From: Octopus vulgaris
Lineage: Eukaryota
Assembly: GCA_951406725.2 (NCBI GenBank)
Contig: OX597823.1
Location: 2,356,001 to 2,420,000, forward strand
Length of the DNA: 64,000 nucleotides
Reading direction: 5' to 3'
Part shown: positions 1-13,439 of the stretch, piece by piece
How positions within the stretch are numbered: position 1 is the first letter of the stretch
Layout of the letters: each line of letters opens with the position of its first letter
The notes under the pieces: model-generated
The model's input: only the letters and a program-made list of their open reading frames with translations
Told to the model about the DNA's origin: nothing
Database searches by the model: none
Translations under genes and position numbers: made by a program

Positions 1-18
1 CTTTATTATTATTATTTA

Positions 19-54
<36 letters not shown>

Positions 55-600
55 TATTATTGTTATTATTACTATTATTATTGTTGTTATTATTACTATT
101 ATTATTGTTGTTATTTTTATTATCATTATTAATATTATTATTATTATTATTGTTATAATTATTATTATTATTATCATAATCATTATCATTATTATTATTA
201 TTATCATTATCATTCTCACTATCATTATTATTTTTAATATTATTATTATTTTTCTTATTATTATTGTTATTGTTGTTGTTATTGTTATTATTATTATTAT
301 CATTATTATTATTAATAATATTATTATTAATATTATTATTATATTAATACTATTATTATTGTTGTTGTTGTTGTTATTATTATTATGATAATTATCATTC
401 TTCTTATTATTATTATCATTATCATTATTATTATTATTATCATTATTATTATCATCATCATTTTTATTATTATTTATGATTATTATTATTATTATTATCA
501 TTATTATCATTATCATTATTATCATTATCGTTATCATTATTATTATTATTATTATTACTATTATCATTATTATTATTCTTAATATTATTATTATTGTTAT
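1..600. repeat. (ATT/ATC)n degenerate trinucleotide microsatellite
   Basis: Continuous att/atc/gtt triplets; ORFs here are poly-Ile/poly-Asn artefacts. Confidence 0.97.
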
Positions 601-1123
601 TGAGTGAGCGAGCAGAGCATGCCATCAAAGTGACACTGGGGTAAAATATACGAAGCCCCATATACCCATCATGACTGCCCGTCTGATAAGGGTACACCAG
701 GCACATGCATCACAACCATATGTGCGCGACATGGTGATCTCATATCAAGATAAACAGCACATGACCTTGAAGGTTGGACCCAGTTAGAATTTTCTTCAGG
801 TTGAGTAGCCCATCCCGCTCAAAAGGTCCCTGAATAAGGGTTGTTTAAGGATGTTGAACGAACTGCCCATGCTTCCAGTGGTGAATTATTCAAATCCCAA
901 ACAATCCCTCTCAACACATGGCTAAGATGCTCCCCCACTACTTCTGCTCGTGATCAGAGATGCACATATCGTCAGCCACTAAGGGACATGCTCAACTGGT
1001 TAAGGTCAAACAATTGACAAGCAAATATGTGGTATTGAGCAGAATATTTGCTGTAGCCCATCTTTTATACCAAGACAAAATAATGTACATGATAACACTT
1101 CCAATCAGTTAAGATCAGAAGCC
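601..1123. mobile_element. Unclassified non-coding interspersed element inserted in a (TAA)n tract
   Basis: About 520 bp complex island bounded by (ATT)n on both sides, with no ORF. It resembles a repeat I recall from octopus genomes (unverified). Only one copy in the window. Confidence 0.5.
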
Positions 1124-1331
1124 ATTATTATTGATTGATTGATTCTAGTTTCAGCTCATGAGCTGTGGCCATGCTGATCATTATTATTATTACTATTAAT
1201 ACTATTCTTCTTCTTCATCTTATTATTATTATTAATATTATTATTATTATTATTATTATCATTATCACTATTATTATCATTATCAATATTATTATTATTC
1301 ATATTATTATTATTATTATTATCATTATCAT

Positions 1332-4300
1332 TGATCTCTTGCGGCACCGTCTTTGATCACTGTCGGCACCCTCTTTGATCTCTTTCGGCACCATCTTTGA
1401 TATATGTCGGCACCCACTTTGATCTCTGTCGACAGGCTCTTTGATCTCTTTCGGCACCATCTTTGATATATGTCGGCACCCTCTTTGATCTCTGTCGGCA
1501 CTCCTCTTTAATCTCGGTCGGCTCGCTCTTCAATCTCTGTCGACACCCTCTTCGATATCTGTCGGCAACCCCTTTGATCTCTGTCGGCACCCTCTTTGAT
1601 CTCTGTCGGCGCCCACTTTGATCTTTGTCGGCACTCCTCATTGATCTCTGTCGGCACGCTCTTAGATATGTGGAATGTCAGGAATGACTGGAATGTCTGG
1701 AATATCTGTCGGCACCCTCTTTGATCTCTGTCGGCACTCCTCTTTAATCTCTCGGCACGATCTTTGATCTCTGTCGGCACTCCACTTTAATCTATGTCGA
1801 CTCGCTATTTGATCTCTATCGGCACCCTCTTTGATCTGTCGGCACATTCTATGATCTCTGTCGGGTCCTCTTTGATCTCTGTCGGCACTCCTCTTTAATC
1901 TCTGTCGGCTCGCTCTTTGATCTCTGTCGGCACCCTCTTTGATCTCTGTCTGCCCCCACTTTGACCTCTGTCGGTACTCCTCTTTAATATCTGTCGGCAG
2001 GCCCTTTGACCTCTGTCGGCGATCTCTTTGATCTATGTCGACTCCCTCTTTGATATCTTTCGGCACCATCTTTGATACATGTCGGCACCATCTTTGATCT
2101 ATGTCAGCGCCCTCTTTAGACTCTGTCGGCACCCACTTTGATCTCTCTCTACTCTCATCTTTGATATATATCGGCACTCCTCTTTAATCTCTGTGGGCTC
2201 CCTCTTTGATTTATGTTTGCACCATCTTTGATATCTTTCGCGACTCTCTTTGAACTCCTTCGGCACTCCTCTTTAATCTCTGTCGGCACTCTCTTTGATC
2301 TCTGTCGGCACGATCTTTAATCTCTGTCGGCACCGTCTTTAATCTCTGTCGGCACCCTCTATGATCTCTTTCGGGACCGTCTTTGACCTCTGTCGGCTTT
2401 TTGATCTCTGTCGACACCCTCTTTGACATCTTTCGGCATGCTCTTTGATCTATGTCGGCACTCTTCTTTGATCTCTTTCGGCACCCTCTATGATCTATTT
2501 CAGGACCGTCTTTGATCCCTGTATGCACGCTCTTTGATCTATGTCGGCACTCTTCTTTGATCTCTGTCGGCACGCTATTTGATCTCTTTCGGCTCCCTCT
2601 ATGATCTATTTCGGGACCGTCTTTGATCTCTGTATGCACGCTCTTTGATTTCTATCGGCACGCTCTTTGATCTCTATCGTCAGGCTCTTTGATCTCTGTC
2701 GGCACGCTCTTTGATCTCTTTCGGCACCCTCTATGATCTATTTCAGGACCGTCTTTGATCTCTGTATGCACGGTCTTTGATTTCTATCGGCACCATCTTT
2801 GATCTCTGTCGGCACGCTCTTTGATCTCTGTATGCACGCTCTTTGATTTCTATCGGCACGCTCTTTGATCTCTATCGTCAGGCTCTTTGATCTCTGTCGG
2901 CGCCATCTTCGATCTCTGCCGGCACGCTCTTTGATCTCTGTCGGAACCCTCTTTGATCTCTGTCGGCACCCTCTTTGATCTCTGTCGGCACGCTCTTTGA
3001 TCTCTGTCGGCACCATCTTTGATCTCTTTCGTTATCCTCTTTGATCTCTGTCAACACTCCTCTTTGATCTCTTTCAGCACCCTCTTTCATTTCTGCCGGC
3101 ACGCTCTTTGATCTCTGTCGGCACCCTCTTAGATCTCTTTCGTTATCCTCTTTGATCTCTGTCAACACTCCTCTTTGATCTCTATCGGCACGCTCTTTGA
3201 TCTCTGTCGGCACCTTCTTAGATCTCTTTCGTTATCCTCTTTGATCTCTGTCAACACTCCTCTTTGATCTCTTTCGGCACGCTCTTTGATCTCTGTCGGC
3301 ACGCTCTTTGATCTCTGTCGGCACCATCTTTGATCTCTTTCGTTAACCTCTTTGATCTCTGTCAACACTCCTCTTTGATCTCTTTCAGCACCCTCTTTCA
3401 TCTCTGCCGGCACGCTCTTTGATCTCTGTCGGCACCCTCTTAGATCTCTTTCGTTATCCTCTTTGATCTCTGTCAACACTCCTCTTTGATCTCTTTCGGC
3501 ACACTCTTTGATCTCTGTCGGCACTCTCTTAGATCTCTTTCGTTATCCTCTTTGATCTCTGTCGGCACCATCTTTGATCTCTTTCGTTATCCTCTTTGAT
3601 CTCTGTCAACACTCCTCTTTGATCTCTGTCGGCACGCTCTTTGATCTCTGTCGGCACCCTCTTTGATCTCTGTCGGCACGCTCTTTGATCTCTGCCGGCA
3701 CAATCTTTGATCTCTGTCGGAACGCTCTTTGATCTCTGTCGGAACCCTCTTTGATCTCTGTCGGCACCCTCTTTGATCTCTGTCGGCACCCTCTTTGATC
3801 TCTGTCGGCACGCTCTTTGATCTCTGTCGGCACCCTCTTTGATCTCTGTCGGCACCCTCTTTGATCTCTGTCGGCACGCTCTTTGATCTCTGTCGGAACC
3901 CTCTTTGATCTCTGTCGGCACCCTCTTTGATCTCTGTCGGCACGCTCTTTGATCTTTGTCGGCACCTTCTTAGATCTCTTTCGTTATCCTCTTTGATCTC
4001 TGTCAACACTCCTCTTTGATCTCTGCCGGCACGCTCTTTGATCTCTGTCGGCACCCTCTTTGATCTCTGTCGACACGCTCTTTGATCTCTGTCGGAAACC
4101 TCTTTGATCTCTGTCGGCACCCTCTTTGATCTCTGTCGGCACGCTCTTTGATCTCTGTCGGCACCCTCTTAGATCTCTTTCGTTATCCTCTTTGATCTCT
4201 TTCGTTATCCTCTTTGATCTCTGTCAACACTCCTCTTTGATCTCTTTCGGCACCCTCTTTTTATCTCTGTCGGCACTCTCTTTGATATCTGTCGGCACCC

Positions 4301-4576
4301 TCTTTGATATCTGTCGGCACGCTCTTTGATCTCTGTCGGCACCATCTTTGATCTCTTTCGTTATCCTCTTTGATCTCTGTCAACACTCCTCTTTGATCTC
4401 TTTCGGCACGCTCTTTGATCTCTGTTGACACGCTCTTTGATCTCTATCGTCAGGCTATTTGATCTCTGTCGGCGCCATCTTTGATCTCTGTGGGAACCGT
4501 CTTTGATCTCTGTCGGCAGACTCTTTGATCTCTGTCGGCACTCCTCTTTGAGCTCTGTCGGCACGCTCTTTGATAT
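1332..4576. repeat. 22-bp minisatellite/satellite, consensus CTCTTTGATCTCTGTCGGCAC(C/G), about 145 units
   Basis: Unit is directly visible. The 22-aa periodicity of the overlapping ORFs (ADRDQRGCRQRSKRVPTEIKEG) equals 3 x 22 nt. Confidence 0.97.
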
Positions 4577-4577
4577 C

Positions 4578-5897
4578 AAAGTATTAGTAGAAGTCGTAGT
4601 AGTAGTAGTAGTAATAATAATAATAAAAATAAGAATAATGATGATAATATTTATAATAAAAATAATAATAATGATAGTAGTAGTATTAGCAGCAGTAGTA
4701 GTAGTAGCAGTAGTAGTAGTAATAATAATAATAATAATAGAAATAGTAGTAGTAGTAATAGTGATAGTAATAATAATATTAATAATAATAATAATAGTAG
4801 TATTAGTATAAATAGTAATAGTATTAATAATAATAATGATAGTAGAAGTAGTAATAGTATTAGTAGTATTAGTAGTAAAAATACTAATGATAATAATGAT
4901 AATACTAATGATAATAATATTAATAATAATAATAGTAGTAGCAGTAAAAGTCATAGTAATATAAATAATAATGATATTAATAATAAACATAATAATAATA
5001 ATTGTAGTAGTAGTATTAGTAGGAGTAGTAGTAGTAGTAATAGTAATATTAATGATAATATTAATGATAATAATAATAATAAGAAAAATAATAGTAGTAG
5101 TAGTAGTAATAATAATAATAGTAGAAATATTAGTATAGTAGTAGTAGTAGTAGTAATATTAGTAAAAGTAATAATAGTAGTAGTAGTACTAGTCATAATA
5201 ATAATATTAATAATAATTATAATAATAATAATAGCAGTAGTAGTAGTAGTAGTAGTAATGATATTAATAATAATAGTAGTAGTAGTATTAATAGTAGTTG
5301 TAGTAGTAGTAGTAAAAGTAATAAAAATAATATTAATAATAATAATAGTAGTAGTAGTAATAGTAATAATAATAGTAGTAGTTGTAGTGGTGGTAGTAGT
5401 AGTAGTAATAATAATGATAATATTAATAATAATAATAAAGATAATAGTAGTTGTAGTAGTAGCAGTAGTAGTAATTGTAATAGTTAAAATAATAGTAATA
5501 ATAATCATAGTATTAGAAGTAGTAGTAGTAGTAGTAGTAATAATAATAACAATAATAATTATAATATTATTAATAATAGTAGTAGTTGTAGTAGTAGTAT
5601 AAATAGTAATAGTAATAATAATAGTAGTAGTAATAGGAGTAGTAGTACTAGAAGTTGTAATTGTAGTAGTAGTAGTAGTAGTAATAGTAAAATAATAATG
5701 ATAAGAATAATAATAGTAGTAGTAGTGATAATAATAATAATGATAATGAAAATAATAATATTAGTAATAGTTGTAGTAGTAGTAGTTGTGGTAATAGTAA
5801 TTGTAATAATAATAATAATAGTAGTAGTAGTAGTAGTAGTAATATTAATAGTAATAGAAATATTAATAGTAATGGTAATAATAATAATAGTAGTATT
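4578..5897. repeat. (GTA/ATA)n compound microsatellite
   Basis: Continuous gta/ata triplets. Confidence 0.97.
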
Positions 5898-7980
5898 AGT
5901 TAGTTAGTTAGTTAGTTAATTTGGCTCAAAAGCAAATAGCAAGGCCATGTAGGGGGACATGGAGTTAAGTACAGGGTGGTGTTCATGTAAAGAGTTCAGG
6001 CCACTTGAGGTCCAGGGAGGCTTTGAACAAAGCGGTCGTCGGCATCTTCACCATCTCGTCTGGCAGCTTGTTCCACGGATCCGCAACCCGGACGGAGAAA
6101 GCTCCTCTCCTTCGATTGAGATGAAATCGTCGCAGGTAGAGCTTTTCGGAATGACCCCGCAGCCGACGCTCCGGAGCAGGAGTGAAGAACAGCTCTTTCG
6201 AGAGGTTACACTTCCCACTTATGATGTTGTGGGCGAGAATGAGATCACCACGGCGGCGGCGTTTTTCAAGAGAATAAAGGTCGAGCGTCCTCAGCCTTTC
6301 TTCGTAGGACAAATTTTTGAGACCATGAACCAGGCGGGTAGCCAGCCTCTGGACTCTTTCGAGGTGCTGTATGTCTTTGAGGAGATAAGGAGAAGAGGCT
6401 TGAATCCCATACTCCAATATGGGTCTCACCAGCGTGACATAGAGTGGCAGGAATATGGCTGCTGTGAGCATTCCGAATGACCGTCGAATCAAAAACAGAA
6501 TTCCGCGCACTTTCTTGGCAGCATGGACGCACTGGGCCGAAGGCGAAAAGGAGGAATCCACCAAGATACCCAGGTCCTTTACCTGATCGGTCCTCTCCAG
6601 CAGCAGATGACCCGGCTCGAAATCAAGTTGAGTTGCAGGAGTAGAGCCGACAGACAGATGACAGCACTTTGACACGTTCAGACACAGGTCCCAATCGTTA
6701 GACCACTTCCAAATTTGGTGGAGGCATCGACGAAGATCCTCTATACTACCGCGAGGAGCGACCAGTTTGATATCGTCGGCAAATAGAAGGGTGTGTTGCG
6801 TGAGGTCGTCGGGCAAGTCATTTATGAAGACTAAGAACAACAAGGGCCCAAGCACTGAACCTTGAGGCACGCCACTGCTCGCACTGGAGACGTCGGACCG
6901 TGAACCATTAACTTGAACTTGGAAGGAGCGATCTGAGAGGAAGGCACCAACCCATCGTACAATATCCGGATGGAAACTATATGCTTGAAGCTTGACAAGT
7001 AATAGGCGGTGGTTTACCGAGTCAAAAGCTTTGGCAAAGTCCAATAAAACGATGTCAACAGCATCACTATCATCGAGGATGCGCGCCACCAATTCTTCCA
7101 TTACTAGTAAGTTGGTCAAGCATGATCTCTTCGGCACGAAGCCGTGTTGGGAATCAGTGATCGAGGCTGTGCTTAGGAGGTGGAGCATCATACTTTTCTT
7201 AAGGATGGTTTCGAACATCTTGCTGATTATTGATGTAAGGGAAACCGGTCGGTAGTTAAGCGGGTCTTTGCGGCTCCCTTTCTTGAAAATTGGGCAGATT
7301 ATCGCTGTTCTCCAGTCTGCAGGTATAGCACCCGTCGCCAATGACATATTGAATAGTCATGTTAAGGGCTCGCAGATGACCGGAGCCAACGCTTTGATAA
7401 CCCGTGGGTGTATGCCGTCAGGGCCGTGACCCTTGTTGACATCGAGGCCTTGAATAACACGTTTGACTTGGTCCCGCGTGATGATCAATCGAAGCATTGG
7501 AGGTACCGATCTATCAAATTGAGGGGTTCACGACCATCATCTTGTTTGAAAATAGTTGAAAAAGCCTCGGCAAATAGTTGACTCTGTTGATAAGGGTCCT
7601 GAATCGATACGCCTGTTGAGTCTACCAACGTTGCAATCTGGTTGTTCAAGCGGGAATTCCGCTGGACATGGGCAAAGAAGGTTTTTGGATTGCTACTGGC
7701 ATTTGCCGCGATTTTGTATTCATAACTGAAGCGTTCTTTCTTTTCAATTTTCACGGCTCGGTCTCGTTGAGTTTTGTACACCTCAAAAGCTGCAGTCGAA
7801 TCCAGATTTTTGAATTCAGCCCAAGCAATATCTCTGAGTCGACGTTCTCGTTTAACCTTCTTCGTCACCCAGGGCTTGTGTTTCTTCCTCTTGGGAAGTC
7901 CAACAGGAACTGCCTGGTCAGTCAAACAGATTACATATGCTTTGAGGGATGACCATAGTTCGTCAACTGAGGACAACGTA
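5898..7980 (-). mobile_element. 5'-truncated CR1-group LINE (RT ORF2 remnant) with (TAAC)n 3' tail
   Basis: ORF 5983-7347 has LINE RT motifs NYRPVSLTS, QHGF, DFAKAFDSV, GVPQGSVLGPLLF, FADD and a CR1-type C-terminus (LERVQRLAT, RRRRGDL, WNKLP). The upstream part (KGHGPDGIHP) joins via a TGA at about 7357 and a frameshift at about 7525. TTAG repeats at 5898-5918 form the tail. Confidence 0.93.
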
Positions 7981-10559
7981 TTGTAGTAGTAGTAGTAGTA
8001 GGTTAGAGTTAGTAATAGTAATAATAATAATAATACTAGTAGTAATAATAAGAATAGGAATAACATTAATAATAAAAGTAGTAGTAATAGTTGTTGCTGT
8101 AGTAATAATAATAATAATAATCATAATGATAATATTAATAGTACTAATTATAATAATAATAATAATGGTAGTAGTAGTTGTAGTAGTAGAAGTAATAATA
8201 ATAAGAAGAAGAATAGTAGTAGTAGTAGTAAAAGTAGTTGTAGTAATATTAATGATAATAATAAGAAGAATAGTAGCAGTAGTAGTAGTAATAGTAATAA
8301 TAATAATATTAATAATAATATTAATAATGGTAGTAGTAGTAATAGTAATTTTAATAATAATAATATTAGTAGTAGTAGAAGTAGTAATAATAATATTAAT
8401 AATTATAATAATAATAATAGCAGTAGTAGTAATAATAATAATAATATTAAAAGTAGTAGTTGTAGTAATAGTAGTAGTATTAGTAGTAGTAGTAGTAAAG
8501 GTAATAGTAATAATAATAATAATATTAATAATAATAATAGTAGTTGTTGTAGTAGTCATAGAAATAGTAATAATAATTATAATATTAATATTAATAATAT
8601 TACTAGTAGTAGTAGTAAAAGTATTTTAAAAAGAAATAGTAATAATAATATTAAACATGATAATAATAGTAGTAGTTTTAGTATTAGTAGGAGTAATAGT
8701 AGTAGTAATAGTAATATTAATGATAATATTAATGATAATGATAATAAGAATAATATTAATAGCAGTAGTAGTAGTAATAATAATAATAATAATAATAGTA
8801 GAAATAGTAGTAGTAGTAATATCAGTAAAAGTAATAATAATAATAATATTATTAATAATAATAATAATATTTATAATTATAATAATAGCAGTAGTAGTAG
8901 TAGTATTAATAGTTGTTGTTGTTGTAGTAGTAGTAAAAGTTAATGGTAATAATAATAATAGTAGTAGTAATAGTAATAATAATAGTAGTAGTAGTAGAGT
9001 AATAATAATATTATAATAATAATATTAATAATAATGATAGTAGTAGTAGTAGTTGTTGTAGTAGTACTAGTTGTAGCAGTAGTAGTAATAGTAACAGTAA
9101 TAGTAATAATAATAATAATAATTATAGTATTAGAAGTAGTAGTTGTAGTAGTAGTAATAATGATAATAATAATTGTAGTAGTATTAGAAGTAGTAATTGT
9201 AGTAGTAATAGTAAAAATAAGTATAATAATAGTAGTTGTAGTATTATTACTATTACTATTAATATTTCAATAACTATTACTGTTAATACTACTACTATTT
9301 TTATTACTATTATTATTATTATTATTATTACTATTACTACTACAACTGCTACAACTAAACTACTACTACTACTACTGTTATTATTATAATAATAATAATT
9401 ATTATTATTATCATTATTACTACTACTACTACTACTGCTATTACTACTACTATTACTATTATTATTATAATTATTATCATAATTATTATTATTACTATTA
9501 ATATTACTACTACTACTACTGCTACTGTTAATACTATTATCATTATTAGTATTACTATTACTATTACAATTAGTAATACTATTACTACTACTACTAATAC
9601 TACTACTACTATTATTATTATTATAAATATTAATATTTCTATTAATAATAATAATATTAATAATAATAAGAAGAATAGTAGTAGTAATAATAGTTGTAGT
9701 AGTAGAAGTAGCAGCACTAGTAGTAGTAGTAGTAGCCATAGTAGTAGTAGTAGTAATAGTAATAATAATAATGATAATAATAATAATAATAACAATATTA
9801 ATAGTAGTAGTAATAGTAGTAGTCGTAGTAGTAGTAGTAGTAATAATAAAAATAATTATAATAATGATAATAGCAGTAGTAGTAATAATAATAATAATAT
9901 TAAAAGTAGTAGTTGTAGTATTAGTAGCATTAGCAGTAGTAGTAGTTGTAGTAGTAGTAGTAGTATTAGTAGCATTAGCAGTCGTAGTAGTAGTAGTAGT
10001 AGCAGCAGCAGCAATAGTAGTAGTATTAGTAGTAGTAGGAGTAATAGTATTATTATTATCCTTATTATTATTATTATTATTATATTATCATTATTATTTA
10101 TATTATTAGTATTATCATAATTATTATTATCATTATTATTATCATTATTACTATTATTTTTTTATTATTATTATTATTCATAATATTATTATTATATTTA
10201 TCATTATTATTATTATTATTTTTATTATTATCATTATCATTATTATTATTATCATTATCATTATTAATATTATTATTCTTATGATCATTACCATTATTAT
10301 TATTATTTATATTATTATTATTAATATTATTATTATTATCATTATTATTATCATTATTATTATTATTAATATCATTATCATTATGATTATTATTACTATT
10401 GTTGTTATTATTATTATTATCATCATTATTATTATTGTTATTATTATTAGTATTATTATCATTATTATCATTATTATTTTCATTATTATTATTATCATTA
10501 TCATCATTATAATTATCATTATGATTATTATTATTATTATTATTAATAATATTATCATT

Positions 10560-10590
<31 letters not shown>

Positions 10591-10785
10591 TTATTATTAT
10601 CATTATTATTATTATTATTAATATTTTTATCATTATTATTATTATTATTATCATTATTAATATTATTATTATTAATATTATTATTATTATTATTATGATT
10701 GTTATTATTATTATTGTCATTATCATTATCTTTATTATTATTATTATTATTAATATTATCCTTATTATTATTATAATCATTATTA

Positions 10786-10816
<31 letters not shown>

Positions 10817-11085
10817 TAATATTATTATTATTATTATGATAATTATCATTCTTATTATAATTATTATTATTATTTATATTTTTATTGTTATTATTATTGT
10901 TATTATTATTATCGTTATGATTATTATTATTATCATTATTATTATTATTAATATTATCCATATTAATATTATTATTATAATCATTATTATTATTATTATT
11001 ATTATTATCATTTTTATTAATATTATCATTACCATTATTATTATTATTATTATGACCATCATCATTGTTAATATTATTATCAATA
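7981..11085. repeat. Compound trinucleotide microsatellite field (GTA/ATA, TAC/TAT, ATT/ATC)
   Basis: About 3.1 kb of triplet repeats with orientation switches near 9265, 9655 and 10050. Confidence 0.97.
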
Positions 11086-11089
11086 TTTA

Positions 11090-11410
11090 TTCAAACAAGG
11101 GAATCTCGCACCCCCACTCAGCTCAAAACAATATCTGTTTTATCATGATTTCCTGGTTATTTCCCTTCATCAGCACAGACTACACAGATATCATTTTGAG
11201 CTGAATGGGGGTGCTAGATTCCCTTGTTCAAAAATATAAGCACACAGATCGTGTTGTATAGCCAGCTGGAGACGATGTCTCCTGGGGCTAAATTATAGCA
11301 ACATTCATCCTAAACCAGGACTGCCATGTTATGTTGGTAAACAATCTTTACTACAAAATACTGTTGCTGAATATCTCGTGTTGTGAGATTTAAAAATAGT
11401 AATTTTCTAA
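11090..11410 (+). mobile_element. Non-autonomous Penelope-like element (family H2) with inverted arm and hammerhead motif
   Basis: 11091-11138 is the reverse complement of 11183-11231. The body matches 30110-30440. The minus strand between the arms reads GTCTGTG-CTGATGA-AGGGAAATAACCAG-GAAA-TCATGA-TA. Confidence 0.65.
11132..11180 (-). ncRNA. Minimal type-I hammerhead ribozyme motif (slightly degenerate)
   Basis: CUGAUGA core, GAAA, palindromic stem III (AUCAUGAU) and an AUA triplet. Stem I UCUGUG/CACAGA is intact in the family consensus read from 11181 and 30271-30277. Confidence 0.6.
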
Positions 11411-12354
11411 AATTTAAATTGTTTAGCCACCCAAGGGTGGTGGATCATTTTAGTATTAGGGGTGAATTGTAAGTGTATAAGGAAGGACCAGTGGGGGGTA
11501 CATCTGTGCTGGGAAAATAATAAAGTGTCTTTATGTATTTATAAGAATGAACCCTTTTAACAAAAGCTATATTTATCCAAATATTATCTTTGTTTTCATC
11601 CTGGGTATTTTCTGGTTGGTTCTCATCATCATTTAACGTCCAAATCTTGACTATTGTTAAAAGATGTGTTGTTGTTGAAGGATAATACTCCACTTCATAT
11701 TGTTGCTTAGACTGTTGGAATCTTCCAGAAAGTGAAAACTGAGGTATTGGATCATCCTTCATAGAGGCTTGGCCTTATTCCTTTGGATTACCATCCATTG
11801 CTTCCATTCAAAGATGTCCATCAATTTGTTACTGTCCAAGAAGTGAACACAGAAATGCCTACGGTGGTTCATCACACACTCAAACCCCACTCTTTTTTCT
11901 CTCTCTGTCTCTTAGAGGCGGAGAGTAAAAAGAGACAACCACCAAGGAGGGTGAAATGTTTCAAAAGGCAGGGGTTATGTTGGAAAAGGATTTACTCATA
12001 CTTCGAAGACATCTTTTGTTCTGCAATGAATTATTTTTTTAAAAACAAAACCACTGATCACTGAACGCTGCTTCGGGAAGAACATGGAGCAGCCATGGTT
12101 ATTGTAATGAAAGCCATTTAATTGAAGCTTCAAGTTTAAACATGAATGAAAACGAGTTGAGGAAAGTCGTGTTTAGTCGCTGCATTTGCAATTAATTTTT
12201 CTGCCAGAGAGAAAAATAATACAAGTCCGTTGCAGATGACTGCAATGACCGAATGGAAGCAGAATCACCGTTACAAGCATTTGGAGTTGTAAGATTTGTA
12301 TTTATTTCAAACAGAACCAATCAGAAAAGACCTGTTTGATATAAATCAAACTTG

Positions 12355-12685
12355 TTGGCCATGCTGGAGCACTGCCTTGATGGGTATTAGTCAAACAAAG
12401 TACTTTTCCTATCGGTCTCTTTTGCCATACTGCCAAGTTACAAAAATATAAACAAACCAACACCGGTTATCAAGTGAATGTGGGAGCACAATAACAAACA
12501 CCATATATGTATATTTATCATGATGGTTGTCCACACAGTTTCTGATTACTAAATGTAATCACAAGAATTTGGGGTATGAATCGGTCCAAGGCCACAGTAG
12601 AGGACACTCGTCCAAGGTGCCATGCAGTGGAACTGTACCAGAAACCACGGGAGAGAGAGAAGTAACCTTCTTCACTACACAGCCT
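12355..12685 (-). mobile_element. tRNA-derived SINE family B (degenerate)
   Basis: Homologous to 19980-20372 (ggccatgctggagcac...ccaaggtgccatgcagtgg). Confidence 0.8.
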
Positions 12686-12961
12686 TTGTTTCATTAAATT
12701 TTGAATATAATGAAGAATTTATTAAATTAACTTTGTTGTTATTGAGCTTCAGTTTGGAACAGAAATTAATTTTGATGGAGGTTTTAAATTAAATCCTTTA
12801 AAACAGGAATTTTGAAATGTAGAACCAGGAGCAATGCCAGGTGGGTTGGTAACAATTAATTTAATTCAGAAATATTATTGTTTGTGTTTAATATAAGGCT
12901 ATTTTTTTTTTTTTGTAAATGATGAAGAATTCTACCAATATATCACTGGTATTTTTTTTAT

Positions 12962-13200
12962 GAGGCGGTCAGCTGGCAGAAACGTTAGCACGCCAGACGA
13001 AATGCTTAGTGGTATTTCGTCTGTCTTTACGTTCTGAGTTCAAATTCCGCCGAGGTCGACTTTGCCTTTCATCCTTTCGGGGTCGATTAAATAAGTACCA
13101 GTTATGCACTGAGGTCGATATAATCGACTTAATCTGTTTGTCTGTCCTTGTTTGTCCTCTCTGTGTTTAGTCCCTTGTGGGTAGTAAAGAAATGGGTATT
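12962..13200 (+). mobile_element. tRNA-derived SINE family A
   Basis: Head ggcggtcagctggcagaaacgttagc, B-box gagttcaaattcc, core gcctttcatcctttcggggtcgat. Many homologous copies in the window (15392-15625 +, 25330-25567 -, 35920-36112 -, 50705-50938 -). Confidence 0.88.
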
Positions 13201-13439
13201 TTTTTTATGATTATAGAGAGATGAAAGCCAAAATTAAGTTCAGATTTGAATTCAGGAAATTTCTGCTATCACACTGTCCACTCTGGTCTGCACTTAGATT
13301 ATATCATTTCAAATATGCTCTCCTAACAATATTCCTAGCAAGGACCTTTCCATGGCCCTTTGCACCTTAGCCATTCAATGTTCTTCTCTCTTCATAGTAG
13401 CTCACATTTCCCTTGAGCACAGGTATATATATATATATA

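Noticed and set aside
1357-4329. Repetitive ORFs (RQRSKRVPTEIKE...) as a repeat protein
   Set aside because: All three frames give the same peptide because of the 22-bp unit, and frame breaks are frequent; this is a satellite artefact.
5959-7255. Plus-strand ORFs over the CR1 element (and similarly over the RTE at 31954-33995)
   Set aside because: They are antisense shadows of the LINE ORF.
4361-11204. Poly-Ile/Val/Asn/Thr ORFs
   Set aside because: They are translations of trinucleotide microsatellites.
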